Shown here piece by piece: positions 50,162 to 60,420 of a stretch of 64,000 nucleotides of DNA (position 1 is the first letter of the stretch; each line of letters opens with the position of its first letter). The translations under genes were made by a program, and so were the position numbers. This DNA is from Akkermansiaceae bacterium. GTDB taxonomy: Bacteria > Verrucomicrobiota > Verrucomicrobiia > Verrucomicrobiales > Akkermansiaceae. The stretch lies in assembly GCA_051251915.1 (NCBI GenBank), contig JBPOGF010000012.1:74718-138717 (forward strand), read 5' to 3'. Below the pieces are notes generated by a model that was not told the origin of the DNA, did not search any database, and saw nothing but the letters and a program-made list of their open reading frames with translations.

Positions 50162-50806
50162 CTAGTATCCCCCCTCCGTTTTCTCAACCTTAGCATCTTT
50201 CTTAGATCGTTCATCCGGAGTCTGGAGATCATTGATACGTAGAGTCTCTGCGAATTTCATCAAATTTCCTTGCTGATCCACCACTTCCGCCTCTGGCCCC
50301 ATCATTTTAATAGTCACCAAGCTCCCTCCTCCCACATCACAAATAATTCCTGTCACAGCCCAGCCTTCTGCCTTCATCGGCATTCCTGCCATCTTCTTCT
50401 GAAACGTCCCCTTCAGCTGAATCACTTGAGCCTCTCTACCACCAAACATCTCTATCGTCTCAAGACCACTCACATCTTTGAGAACCTCTAGCTCAAATTC
50501 TCTCTTCCAGCGGTTCATATTCGCCAGAACTCCCCCTCCATCCACTTGCCCCACTGCAACCTCGGTCGATCCCCCAACAGCATAGTTTAAGATCCTAAAC
50601 TCAGTTCTATTCACCCTGCGCCATTCCAGCGGCTGCGTGCCTACCAATGACTCGTAATTATTTTTAAACACGGAAACATCATCATACTGGCACAATTCCC
50701 TGCGCTCAACTACTTCCATTTCTTTCGGTAATTGCTTACATGACAGGGTCATTCCTGATAGACATGCTAGGCCCAAAAACCTGCTTATGAGTGATTTAAA
50801 TTTCAT
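50162..50806 (-). CDS. Hypothetical lipoprotein heading the ccs operon
   Basis: LSC lipobox; GGVLANMNRW, IKMMGP. Confidence 0.7.
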   Translation of the reverse strand: MKFKSLISRFLGLACLSGMTLSCKQLPKEMEVVERRELCQYDDVSVFKNNYESLVGTQPLEWRRVNRTEFRILNYAVGGSTEVAVGQVDGGGVLANMNRWKREFELEVLKDVSGLETIEMFGGREAQVIQLKGTFQKKMAGMPMKAEGWAVTGIICDVGGGSLVTIKMMGPEAEVVDQQGNLMKFAETLRINDLQTPDERSKKDAKVEKTEGGY

Positions 50807-50989
50807 CGCTTGTGCCCTCTAAACCCATTTTTTATGTTTTGCAAGTGATTACAGAACACCCAAAAATTAATTTATTTTTTTTCTAAGAAACTAATTGTAT
50901 TACACGTTTCAACTTTAATACTAGCAATTTTGCTCAAATTAACCATAATTTCAGAGTAAATTCTTATCAACAAATAGACCACTTATACC

Positions 50990-52078
50990 ATGAGCCAGCA
51001 CGCACAACTATCCCCAGAAGCAGAACAACAGCTTCGAGCACAGAAAAGAAACTCCACCATTTCAGCGATCATTATTTCGCTTCTCACTTGCGCTCTTCTA
51101 GTCGCCATCCTCTTCTATATCGCACTTTCCCCACTCTTTAAAAACACCGAAGAACTCGTTACTTATAGTAGCGGCTCAGAAACTGACGAAAAGATCACCA
51201 AACCAGAAATGAATAACGAGGTTGAAAAGAAACCATCCTCACCTTCATCATCTATGGCTAAAGTAATCGCAGCCAACACCCCATCACCTACAGCTGTCCC
51301 AGTCCCTGACGAAACAGCCGTAGAACCTTCACTAGACTTTGGTGACGGTAATGACTTTGGTGATGGCTGGGGCGGCGGTGGCTCAGGTGCTGGCGGCGGT
51401 GGTGGTGGCGGCGCATCATTCTTCAAACAAAGCGTCAAGGCCGAGCGCATTGCCTACGTAATCGATTACTCAGCATCCATGAGAGGCAATAATAAGTTCG
51501 AACTCATGAAAAAGGAACTCTCTAAATCAGTTAAAGGACTTCCAGATAACATCGACTACCAACTCATCTTCTTCGCAGGCCCTGCATGGGTAGCAGGCGA
51601 CAAGATCATTGCTGAAAAAGGTAAAGACAGAGATTTCACTATCAACAGTGGCGGCAGAAAATACGATTGGGTCACTACAGGTGGCGCTCATGGATACCGT
51701 CCAAAGATTAAATCCAAAATGCAACAAGCGGAATGGATCAAATCTAGCGAAGGCAAACGCAAGCAAAGTCTCAAACTCATCGAAGACACACCAATGGTCT
51801 TCGGAACAGTCTGGGAATATCCACTTGAAATGGCTCTCAACATGAACCCCCAGCCAGATGTCATCTTCTTCATGACTGATGGCTCTGCTGGCTCCGAAAG
51901 TGAATCAGTTGCTAGACGACTCGGAAGTGAAGCGAAAAGAGATGGCATAGTCATTAACTGCGTTGCCCTCATGGAACCAAAAGCTAAAAAAGCAATGAGC
52001 GACATCGCCAAACGCACCGGCGGAGTCTTCACAGAAGTCCAGCCTAACGGCAAAATCATCCAACACGAACTCAAATAA
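50990..52078 (+). CDS. Membrane-anchored vWA-domain protein (paralog 1)
   Basis: TM, Pro/Ser/Gly linker, MIDAS DYSAS...GT...FMTDG. Confidence 0.85.
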   Translation: MSQHAQLSPEAEQQLRAQKRNSTISAIIISLLTCALLVAILFYIALSPLFKNTEELVTYSSGSETDEKITKPEMNNEVEKKPSSPSSSMAKVIAANTPSPTAVPVPDETAVEPSLDFGDGNDFGDGWGGGGSGAGGGGGGGASFFKQSVKAERIAYVIDYSASMRGNNKFELMKKELSKSVKGLPDNIDYQLIFFAGPAWVAGDKIIAEKGKDRDFTINSGGRKYDWVTTGGAHGYRPKIKSKMQQAEWIKSSEGKRKQSLKLIEDTPMVFGTVWEYPLEMALNMNPQPDVIFFMTDGSAGSESESVARRLGSEAKRDGIVINCVALMEPKAKKAMSDIAKRTGGVFTEVQPNGKIIQHELK

Positions 52079-52107
52079 TAACCTTAGCTACATACCTTTA
52101 ATGAACT

Positions 52108-52152
52108 ATCTGCCACATTCGCCCAACCTCACGGATGTGGCAGATTTCTTTT
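52108..52152 (+). terminator. Intrinsic terminator after vWA paralog 1
   Basis: ATCTGCCACATTCG/CGGATGTGGCAGAT stem then TTCTTTT. Confidence 0.75.
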
Positions 52153-52399
52153 CAGCCACAATATTTTACTAATAAGAAATAAAACCCCATCAATTTTAAT
52201 ACAATCTACTCAAAATCCTCCTACAGATTCATCTAGGCTTTACCACTCCATCCATTTAAACCCAACTCACATTATCTAAAATAAGCATTTTTCTGATCAT
52301 CAAAACCTGTATGACAAACAAACCAACCAACGCAACACACCCACTTAAGTAACTCTGTATCCGTTATAAACAAAAATAAACCAAACAAAATTAAAAACC

Positions 52400-53449
52400 A
52401 TGAGCCAACACGCACAACTTTCTCCTGAAGCGGAACAGCAACTCCGCGCCCAGAAAAGAAACTCCACCATCTCAGCCATAATCATTTCGCTGCTCTCCTG
52501 CGCACTACTAGTTGCCATCCTCTTCTACATAGCGTTAGCCACAATTTCTAAAAATACCGAGGAACTCGTCACCTACAGTTCTGGCGTAGAATCAGAAGAG
52601 AAAATCACCAAGCCAGAAATGACTGATCAGGTGCAGAAAAAGCCCTCTTCACCGTCAGCATCCATGGCAAAAGTAATCGCCTCCAGCACCCCTTCACCCA
52701 CAGCAGTCCCAGTGCCCGATGTCACCATCACAGAACCATCATTAGACTTTGGAGACGGAAATGACTTCGGCGACGGCTGGGGCAGCGGCACAGGCTCAGG
52801 AAGCGGCGGAGGTGGCGTTTCATTCTTTAAACAAAGCGTCAAAGCTGAACGCATAGCCTACGTCATTGACTACTCAGCATCCATGAGAGGCAAGAAATTC
52901 GAACTCATGAAAAAAGAGCTAGCCAAATCAGTTAGAGACTTACCAGACACTGTAGACTACCAACTCATCTTCTTCGCCGGCCCAGCATGGGTTGCTGGTG
53001 ATGAGATCCATGGCGGTGGTAAAGGTCAAGCCGCCTCATTCACTCGCGACGGAAAAAAATATGCCTGGAAAGGCAAAGGCTCAGCTGGCGTCCCCCCAGC
53101 AGAATGGATCAGATCAGATAAAGAACAGCGTAAGAAAAGCTTAAAAATCATCAAAGATACCCCTATGATCTACGGCACTAAATGGGATCGCCCCATCGAA
53201 TACGCACTAGAGATGAACCCGCAACCAGACATCATCTTCTTCATGACTGATGGCACCGCCGGTAAAAACACAGAAGACATTGCCAAACAAATCGGCAGAG
53301 ATGCTAAGAAAAAAGGAGTCATCATCAACTGCATTGCCCTCATGGAACCAAAGGCAAAAGACGCCATGGCAGACATCGCCAAGCGCACAGGCGGCATATT
53401 TACCGAGGTCCAAGAGAACGGCAGAACCAAACAGCATGATTTAAAATAG
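52400..53449 (+). CDS. Membrane-anchored vWA-domain protein (paralog 2)
   Basis: Identical first 31 aa and same MIDAS motifs as paralog 1. Confidence 0.85.
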   Translation: MSQHAQLSPEAEQQLRAQKRNSTISAIIISLLSCALLVAILFYIALATISKNTEELVTYSSGVESEEKITKPEMTDQVQKKPSSPSASMAKVIASSTPSPTAVPVPDVTITEPSLDFGDGNDFGDGWGSGTGSGSGGGGVSFFKQSVKAERIAYVIDYSASMRGKKFELMKKELAKSVRDLPDTVDYQLIFFAGPAWVAGDEIHGGGKGQAASFTRDGKKYAWKGKGSAGVPPAEWIRSDKEQRKKSLKIIKDTPMIYGTKWDRPIEYALEMNPQPDIIFFMTDGTAGKNTEDIAKQIGRDAKKKGVIINCIALMEPKAKDAMADIAKRTGGIFTEVQENGRTKQHDLK

Positions 53450-53464
53450 TCACCAAACTTTTAT

Positions 53465-53494
53465 CCTTCCCAGCGTCAACCTTCCCAGCGTCAA
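53465..53494. repeat. 15-bp perfect tandem duplication
   Basis: CCTTCCCAGCGTCAA x2. Confidence 0.9.
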
Positions 53495-53563
53495 TCTACC
53501 ATAATCGCCTAACATCCGAATATGGTAGATTGCATCCCTCACAAAATACACTATAGATTAGGC

Positions 53564-54481
53564 ATGATCTCCTTATCTTTATTGACCCCAAAAAAACTTA
53601 CCTCCAGACTCCTTGCTATCGCACTATCTACCCTCTCGCTCTCAATATTATCCCCCCACACTCAGGCAGCAGAGATGCTCCCTCAGTCAGTCACATTTAT
53701 CGGCCAGCAAAAATTCCAGCAAATCAGCCAGAAAGCCATCGCCGGAAACTGGCGCGCCCTCCCCATGGGAGACCGCATGGCTAAAATCGCACTCGAATTA
53801 CAAGGAATCCCCTACAAGGCATACACACTCGAAATCCATAACAAAATCGAGTCCCCTTCCGTAAACTTCAGCGGACTAGACTGCTGGACATTCTTCGAAA
53901 CAGTCATGGGCATGGCCAAAATGCTTGAGACTCCGAAAAAAAGCTACACCCACAGCGACCTCCTCGCCCAGATAGAACACACCCGCTACCGTGGCGGCGT
54001 CTGCAAAGGAAACTACCTAGACCGCATCCACTATCTCGCAGAGTGGTACAAGGACAACGATAAACGCAAAAACATCGACGACATCACCAGAAAGTTCCCC
54101 ACCGTCACCATGCCGAACCAATGCAACGAGATGTCCCTCCTCTGGAAGCACTACCGCTACCTCAAGCACAACCCAGAACTCCGCCCCCTCATGGCCCAGT
54201 CCGAGCGAGAAATAACCGCAATGACAGTTAAAATGGTGCCTAAGTCCAAAGTACCAGGCATCGAAAAACACCTCAAAAATGGCGACATCATCGGCATAGC
54301 TAGACACGGTAACGGAAGTTACTGCTCACACGTAGGCATCATTATCAAGGACGACAAAGGCCAAGCCCGCTTCATGCACGCCTCCACCACCTATAAAAAA
54401 GTCGTCGTAGATAGCACCATCTCAGGCTACCTTAATAAGTTCAAAAAACACGCCGGCATCCTTATTGCTAGACCAAGATAG
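53564..54481 (+). CDS. DUF1460 / NlpC-P60 N-acetylmuramoyl-L-alanine amidase-like protein (start uncertain, 53522 or 53564)
   Basis: GLDCWTF, RYRGG, R.HY, GDIIGI, SHVG, MHAS. Confidence 0.85.
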   Translation: MISLSLLTPKKLTSRLLAIALSTLSLSILSPHTQAAEMLPQSVTFIGQQKFQQISQKAIAGNWRALPMGDRMAKIALELQGIPYKAYTLEIHNKIESPSVNFSGLDCWTFFETVMGMAKMLETPKKSYTHSDLLAQIEHTRYRGGVCKGNYLDRIHYLAEWYKDNDKRKNIDDITRKFPTVTMPNQCNEMSLLWKHYRYLKHNPELRPLMAQSEREITAMTVKMVPKSKVPGIEKHLKNGDIIGIARHGNGSYCSHVGIIIKDDKGQARFMHASTTYKKVVVDSTISGYLNKFKKHAGILIARPR

Positions 54482-54657
54482 CCCCAGATTGAAAACCTAC
54501 ACCTCGCCATTTTCTTCGAGGTAAAATCAACTTTTTACACCCTTTTAGGAATAAATCTCTCTTTGGGGACGTTTACCTGTGTAGAAAGCGTCACATAAGC
54601 ACTTTTCAAAGCCACGAATTTCGCTAATCTCACGCCAATATTTCCAATTCATCAACC

Positions 54658-56907
54658 ATGAAAACATTTCTTACTTCATTACTCTGTCTTGCTAGCATCA
54701 TTTTCATCTCACAACCCGCATCCGCCCAGTTTGGTGAGCCACTTGACCCCTTCGGCTTTGAAGGCGGCGGCGAAGAAACATCCACTTCATCAGTCATCAG
54801 TAATGCAGAGTCCGTGGCCCCAGGTGAGAAATTCAAAATTGCCCTAAAACTCAGCCACCCCACAAAGTGGCACTCCTACTACCACAACGATGGAATCGGA
54901 ATCTCGATGATCCCATCTGTAGACTGGAAGCTTCCAGCAGGCTTCAAAGCCTCCGCACTCCATTTCCCCACTCCTCACGTTATGGACTCCTTCGGCCTCG
55001 ACTCCTACGGCTACGATGGCACCAACTACTTCATCACCGAAATCACAGCTCCAGCAGACCTCAAAGTCGGAGACTCATTCGAAATCACCGCCAACGCCGT
55101 CTGGCAAATCTGCAAGGAAAGTTGCGTCAAAGAAGAAGGCCAGCACACTCTCAACTTCACCGTTTCTGAGTCAACCATAGACAACCCTGCCTACAGTGCT
55201 GAACTCACAGACTATCAGAAAAAATACATCCCCACCCAGGCCATCCCATCAGACTGGACAATCACCGCCAGCGAAAAAGACAAGCTCATCGAGATCAAAA
55301 TAGCCTCAAGCAGCAAACTCCCAGATGACACCAAATTCTACGAATACAACGGCCAACTCGATGCCCAAAACCCTATCAACATCACCTCAGAACAAGGCGC
55401 CCTCACCATCTCAGGTAAGTTCAACGAAGGCAACGATTTCTCACCAGACCCAGCAGAAAAGCTAGACCATATCAGCGGCATTCTCCATAGCCCTTCCACC
55501 CCTCTCTCCGGCGAGAACCATAGCATCTTCATCACCTCAGCATGGGAAGGCGGCTTCACCCCCACTAATGCTACTTCCAGTTCAGCAGACACAACTAGCA
55601 CTCCCCAAAAAGCCATTTCACTCGATGGCTCAACTGAAAAATCATTCACCCTAATCACAGTCATCCCCTTCGCCCTTCTAGCTGGCCTAATCCTAAACAT
55701 CATGCCCTGTGTCTTCCCTGTTCTTGGCCTAAAAATCACCGGTTTTGCCCAGCAAGCCGGCGAAGACTCATCTAAGATCAAATGGCACGGAATTACATTC
55801 GGCCTCGGTGTCGTCGTCTCCATGTGGGCTCTAGCTGGAGTCCTCATCACTCTCAAGCTACTAGGAAATGACATCGGCTGGGGCTTCCACCTCCAGAGCC
55901 CTATCGCCCTCTCCATCATCCTCATCATCATGTTTATCATGGGGCTAAATCTCAGCGGACTCTTTGAAATGGGTACCAAGCTCACTAGTGTAGGTGGAGA
56001 TCTCCAGCAAAAGAAAGGCTATAGCGGATCATTCTTCTCCGGACTACTCACCACCCTCATTGCTACACCATGCTCAGCCCCCATCGTTGCCCCTGTTATG
56101 GGCTACGCCACAGGTCTAGACCCCATCCCTGCCCTATTCGTCTTCACCATATTCGCCCTAGGCATCGCCTCACCATACATCATCCTCTCCTTCATGCCTA
56201 AGCTCATCCAGAAGCTCCCTAGACCGGGCGCTTGGATGGTAACATTCAAGAAAATAATGGCGTTTCCAATGTATGCAGCAGTCATCTTCTTCTTCGGTGC
56301 ATTCATGACACTCACAGGAAAATCAGGTGCTCAATGGCTCCTCTGGTCATTCCTCATCATCGCAATTGCTCTCTATATCTACGGTCAGTGGGCACTACCA
56401 TACAAACCTAAGGCCACACGCTATAAAGCCATCATCTTCACCCTGCTCTTCGCCGGCCTCGCATTTTGGACCACCAATAAAGCCGTCCACACCATACCGC
56501 CTACCACCGCCGGGGGTAAAATAGTCACTGAGGATGGCTTCGTCTGGGAAGAATGGTCCATAGAAAAAGTCGCCGAGCTAAGAGCATCAGGAAAACGTGT
56601 CTACGTAGATTTCACTGCCGACAACTGCCTCACCTGTAAAGCCAACAAAAACCACGTATTCACCGGCCAAAACGCCAAAGACCTTCGCAAGTTCTTTCTC
56701 GAAAACGATGTAGTCGCACTCCGAGCAGACTGGACCCACGCAAACCCAGACATCACAAGAACACTCCGCGAAGAATTCAACCGCTCTAGCATCCCCGTGA
56801 ATGTCATCTACCCAGCATCTCTAGACAAACCAGCCATACTCCTCCCCACCTACCCACTCAAAAAAGAGCACGTAGAAAAAGGCGTAAATCTCGCCTTGGA
56901 GGAGTAA
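54658..56907 (+). CDS. dsbD: Thiol:disulfide interchange protein DsbD family
   Basis: N-domain CKESC, TM domain MPCVFP and TPCSAP, thioredoxin CLTC. Confidence 0.88.
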   Translation: MKTFLTSLLCLASIIFISQPASAQFGEPLDPFGFEGGGEETSTSSVISNAESVAPGEKFKIALKLSHPTKWHSYYHNDGIGISMIPSVDWKLPAGFKASALHFPTPHVMDSFGLDSYGYDGTNYFITEITAPADLKVGDSFEITANAVWQICKESCVKEEGQHTLNFTVSESTIDNPAYSAELTDYQKKYIPTQAIPSDWTITASEKDKLIEIKIASSSKLPDDTKFYEYNGQLDAQNPINITSEQGALTISGKFNEGNDFSPDPAEKLDHISGILHSPSTPLSGENHSIFITSAWEGGFTPTNATSSSADTTSTPQKAISLDGSTEKSFTLITVIPFALLAGLILNIMPCVFPVLGLKITGFAQQAGEDSSKIKWHGITFGLGVVVSMWALAGVLITLKLLGNDIGWGFHLQSPIALSIILIIMFIMGLNLSGLFEMGTKLTSVGGDLQQKKGYSGSFFSGLLTTLIATPCSAPIVAPVMGYATGLDPIPALFVFTIFALGIASPYIILSFMPKLIQKLPRPGAWMVTFKKIMAFPMYAAVIFFFGAFMTLTGKSGAQWLLWSFLIIAIALYIYGQWALPYKPKATRYKAIIFTLLFAGLAFWTTNKAVHTIPPTTAGGKIVTEDGFVWEEWSIEKVAELRASGKRVYVDFTADNCLTCKANKNHVFTGQNAKDLRKFFLENDVVALRADWTHANPDITRTLREEFNRSSIPVNVIYPASLDKPAILLPTYPLKKEHVEKGVNLALEE

Positions 56908-56919
56908 TAGCAAAAAACT

Positions 56920-57825
56920 CTACATCCCTAACACCTCAGCAATGAGTGCCATTCGCACCGGCACTCCATTCTGAGCCTGTTCGAAGTACTTCGCCTGAGG
57001 AAGAGCATCCACCGACTGCTGAATCTCATTCACACGTGGCAAAGGATGCATCAATGTCGCAGTCCCCTTCATCTGACTCACTATTTCCGGCGTAAAAATA
57101 AAAGCATTTCTCACTAAGTGATATTGATCTAGATCATCAAACCTCTCCTTCTGCATCCGAGTATCATATACAACATCCGACTGCGATATCACCTCATCAT
57201 CCAGATCATGATGAATCTTGTCTCCATCTAATACATACTCGCTAGGCATCTGGATCACCTCCGGCGCCACAAATGAAATCTCCACTCCTTCATAATTCCT
57301 CAAAACCTTGGCCAACGAGTGCACCGTCCTTCCATATTTGAGATCCCCCACAAAAGCCACCTTCAGCTTCTCTTCTCCTATCCGATGATGTTTCGCGATA
57401 GTAAATAAATCTAATAAACTCTGAGTTGGATGCTCGCCCGCTCCATCACCACCATTCAAAATGGGCACCGGAGAATAATGCGCAGCCAGCTTAGCCTCAC
57501 CCTTCATCTTCGTCCGGATAGCAATCACATCTGCATATCCTCCCACTATTCTAATCGTATCCTCCATCACCTCACCCTTAGTCTGAGATGAAAATGTAAC
57601 ATCAGTCTCAGACACCACATTCCCCCCCAAACGCATCATCGCCACCTCAAATGACAGTCTAGTACGCGTTGAAGGCTCATAAAACAACGCCCCTAAAATC
57701 TTCCCATCACACATCTTAGACCCACCAGACGCAATAACTGACTCCATCTCCGCGCTGCGCGCCATAATGGTATCCAGATCAGAACGAGTGAACTGATCCG
57801 CCGTAAGAACATGCTTTATCTTCAT
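56920..57825 (-). CDS. pyrB: Aspartate carbamoyltransferase catalytic subunit
   Basis: EPSTRTR, HPTQ, GDLKYGRTVHSL, HPLPR. Confidence 0.96.
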   Translation of the reverse strand: MKIKHVLTADQFTRSDLDTIMARSAEMESVIASGGSKMCDGKILGALFYEPSTRTRLSFEVAMMRLGGNVVSETDVTFSSQTKGEVMEDTIRIVGGYADVIAIRTKMKGEAKLAAHYSPVPILNGGDGAGEHPTQSLLDLFTIAKHHRIGEEKLKVAFVGDLKYGRTVHSLAKVLRNYEGVEISFVAPEVIQMPSEYVLDGDKIHHDLDDEVISQSDVVYDTRMQKERFDDLDQYHLVRNAFIFTPEIVSQMKGTATLMHPLPRVNEIQQSVDALPQAKYFEQAQNGVPVRMALIAEVLGM

Positions 57826-57923
57826 GCCCCCACTCTAGATCATCACTCCCCCATGTCAGCAAAAAATGATCACAAGAAGCCGCTAAAATCTCACTCCTCT
57901 CCCCCCACACAAGGAAACCTCAA

Positions 57924-58802
57924 CTACATGCCTATAGGTAGCTCAGATAGATTGTGAATCTTACTGCGGAGATCTTGCTCCTTCTTCGGATCGTAAGGAG
58001 TTGAAGCCATAACACCTACTATTCCACTGTCTGTAGTGATCAGCTTAGGCGTAGTCCCTCCAGACCCTTTCTTGTGGTACTGTCTGCGCACCGTCCTACC
58101 TGATGCATCCACAACGGTATGACTATAAATCGTTGGAGTCGTAAGAAATAAAACATTCAAACGGTTCTTATTATCTAAAGTCGCCTGGTAATCTCTAAAT
58201 GCAAGATTCCTCCCCATTGAATAAGTCGCTAACATCTTTCCACGCTTCACATCTTCCACCTGCACGAATAACTCAGTAAATTCATTCGAAGTCACATTCA
58301 TGATCCTATACTCCCGCGTGTCACCAGGTGCACCCGGCACACCAGCACGCTGCTTCCATGAAGCATGTCCTTTGATGATAGTGAAATGCACTTTGCTTGA
58401 TCGCGTCCCTTCATCAACATCCTGCCCTGGCATACGCACAACAGCATAAGCCGTGTAATTCCCAGACTGACTAAGATCATAACTATCATTAAGCCTGAAA
58501 CTCGATGTCCGCGTCTCTCCAGTATTAAGCAACATTGGAGCAAATACCGCGTCCTGCTTCGCAAAAACAGGCTGTCCAGTTCCCCGCTCTACCACAAATT
58601 CTATCCACTTCCTGCCGAGCTTATTAGAAAATTCAATCGGCTGACCTGCACGGTTCGTCATCGTCACCGCAAGCTTCACATCCTCAAATGCAACATACTG
58701 CTTTTTAGTCATTTTAGAGGCTACCGCTAATTGTGCACAGGCATTCTGCGCCTGTAAAAGCACCAGCATCGTAATGGAGAAAATCGTTAATATCTGTTTC
58801 AT
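57924..58802 (-). CDS. Secreted hypothetical protein, beta-rich (Ig-like N-domain possible)
   Basis: Signal peptide ACA-Q; alternating beta pattern. Confidence 0.7.
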   Translation of the reverse strand: MKQILTIFSITMLVLLQAQNACAQLAVASKMTKKQYVAFEDVKLAVTMTNRAGQPIEFSNKLGRKWIEFVVERGTGQPVFAKQDAVFAPMLLNTGETRTSSFRLNDSYDLSQSGNYTAYAVVRMPGQDVDEGTRSSKVHFTIIKGHASWKQRAGVPGAPGDTREYRIMNVTSNEFTELFVQVEDVKRGKMLATYSMGRNLAFRDYQATLDNKNRLNVLFLTTPTIYSHTVVDASGRTVRRQYHKKGSGGTTPKLITTDSGIVGVMASTPYDPKKEQDLRSKIHNLSELPIGM

Positions 58803-58817
58803 AGTCTTGTTAGGTTA

Positions 58818-60350
58818 TTAATCTTGGTAATTGGGTTGCCCCACAGTTCGAAAGCCAATGTATGGACGTCGTAAATCTCTTGCATCTTTATCTCCTCCAG
58901 ACGGATCCAGCCAGCGTCGCGAGTTCGCATTGGAATCATCCGTATATGACCCCCCAAATATCACTGGCTTCTTTTCAGTAGCCATTGGGTCAGTTTCTGG
59001 CTTGCTCAACTTGAGACACCACTCAGCCACATTCCCAGCAAGTCCGTAAATTTTGTTTTCAGTGATATCCTCACTCTCCTGATCCACCGCTCCCCAGGAT
59101 GAACTTTTCAGCCTCATGGGCCTGCTACCAGAAGTCATCAAAGCCGCACGCCATTCATCTTGCGTAGGCAATCTCCTCGCATTAAATTCAGCAAACGCAT
59201 AGGCATCCCACCAATCAACTCCCACCACAGGACAGTTCAGACTCATCTTGAGGCCGTTCCATTCCTTGCCACTCCTCGCAGCATCATACATCGCTTCCCA
59301 GTCTTCAGGAATATAAGCAGTCTTATACTTAGGTTGGCTTTCATGCTGAATCAGCTCCTCCATATCTGGCGTCAGACTCTTGAGAAATTTTGCATATTCA
59401 CCAATCGTCACCTCGTGAGCATCAATCGTAAACTCTCGCAACTTAACATCCGGATGCTGCTTCATAAATTGCTTCACATTCACCTCCACCACATCAGCCA
59501 AATCACGTTTTTTAGGTGGCTTCTCCCGCAGCATCACCATCGCTATCAGCCCACCTAGAGCCAATACTCCTACACCAATACCAATATTCCTCATCTTCTG
59601 CTTATTCAGCCCAGATCTAGGGAGCAGCATTGTAGAACTCTGAAGTGATGTGGTAGACAGCGGCTCTGCTAGCTGTCTTTCCACCCCCTCTGAAAGCTCT
59701 TTCACCTGAGCCCATGTCAGTGGGATCTCTCTCTCCCTGTCAGCCATGTAGCCAAGCAATGAACGAGTTCGAGTTGCTCCAGGCTCATCAGTCTTCAACA
59801 ACTTCACAAAATTTTCACCCAGCATCACCTTATCCAGAGTAGACACTGCATAGTCACGCTCACCACCCACTGCCATATTAACCATTCGGCACATTCCTGT
59901 GTCAGAGATGAATAACTGATTCGGAGCCAAAGGCAACGATGCCAGCTTCTTAGCCTCTAAATAAAGATTAGCATCTGCAACCTGCTTAATAACATGCACA
60001 ATCTCCTGAGGCCTCAGCAATTCACGTTTCAAGATCTTGCCCTCTAATGTTTCACCTGGAATCTTCTCCCTAGCATAGAAACAAATATTTTCCTGCCTCA
60101 CCGCCTCAAATACCGATCCTATAAGCGGATGATCCACCTTCGCCTTAGTCCTCACATCACTAAGGTAGGTAGCCACCACCTCCTCATTCCCGTGCACAGC
60201 ACGGTTGAGACTATCGATTATCACCTCGCGGTTGACTGAGACCTGATGCGCAAGCCATGTACGAGTGGATTCCCCCTCATACACAAGTTGCTGTAAGTAG
60301 TAATCCCCCACCTGCATACCAGGTGTCAATCTTTGCTCAGTCTCTGACAT
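58818..60350 (-). CDS. Pseudokinase - TM - FGE-sulfatase (SUMF1/CLec) domain protein
   Basis: Kinase-like N-domain (GDYYL, VDHPLI) lacking K/HRD/DFG; one TM; EVTIGEY, PVVGVDWWDA, RRLPT, GNVAEW, GFR. Confidence 0.8.
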   Translation of the reverse strand: MSETEQRLTPGMQVGDYYLQQLVYEGESTRTWLAHQVSVNREVIIDSLNRAVHGNEEVVATYLSDVRTKAKVDHPLIGSVFEAVRQENICFYAREKIPGETLEGKILKRELLRPQEIVHVIKQVADANLYLEAKKLASLPLAPNQLFISDTGMCRMVNMAVGGERDYAVSTLDKVMLGENFVKLLKTDEPGATRTRSLLGYMADREREIPLTWAQVKELSEGVERQLAEPLSTTSLQSSTMLLPRSGLNKQKMRNIGIGVGVLALGGLIAMVMLREKPPKKRDLADVVEVNVKQFMKQHPDVKLREFTIDAHEVTIGEYAKFLKSLTPDMEELIQHESQPKYKTAYIPEDWEAMYDAARSGKEWNGLKMSLNCPVVGVDWWDAYAFAEFNARRLPTQDEWRAALMTSGSRPMRLKSSSWGAVDQESEDITENKIYGLAGNVAEWCLKLSKPETDPMATEKKPVIFGGSYTDDSNANSRRWLDPSGGDKDARDLRRPYIGFRTVGQPNYQD

Positions 60351-60420
60351 ATATTCTATAAATTCTCTAACAACCTGCCATATCCCCTAAAAATAACAAT
60401 CATAAGATGCAACATCTGCT

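Noticed and set aside
58818..59500. Diversity-generating retroelement target (FGE/CLec fold)
   Set aside because: No reverse transcriptase and no template-repeat copy of the 3' end seen in the window
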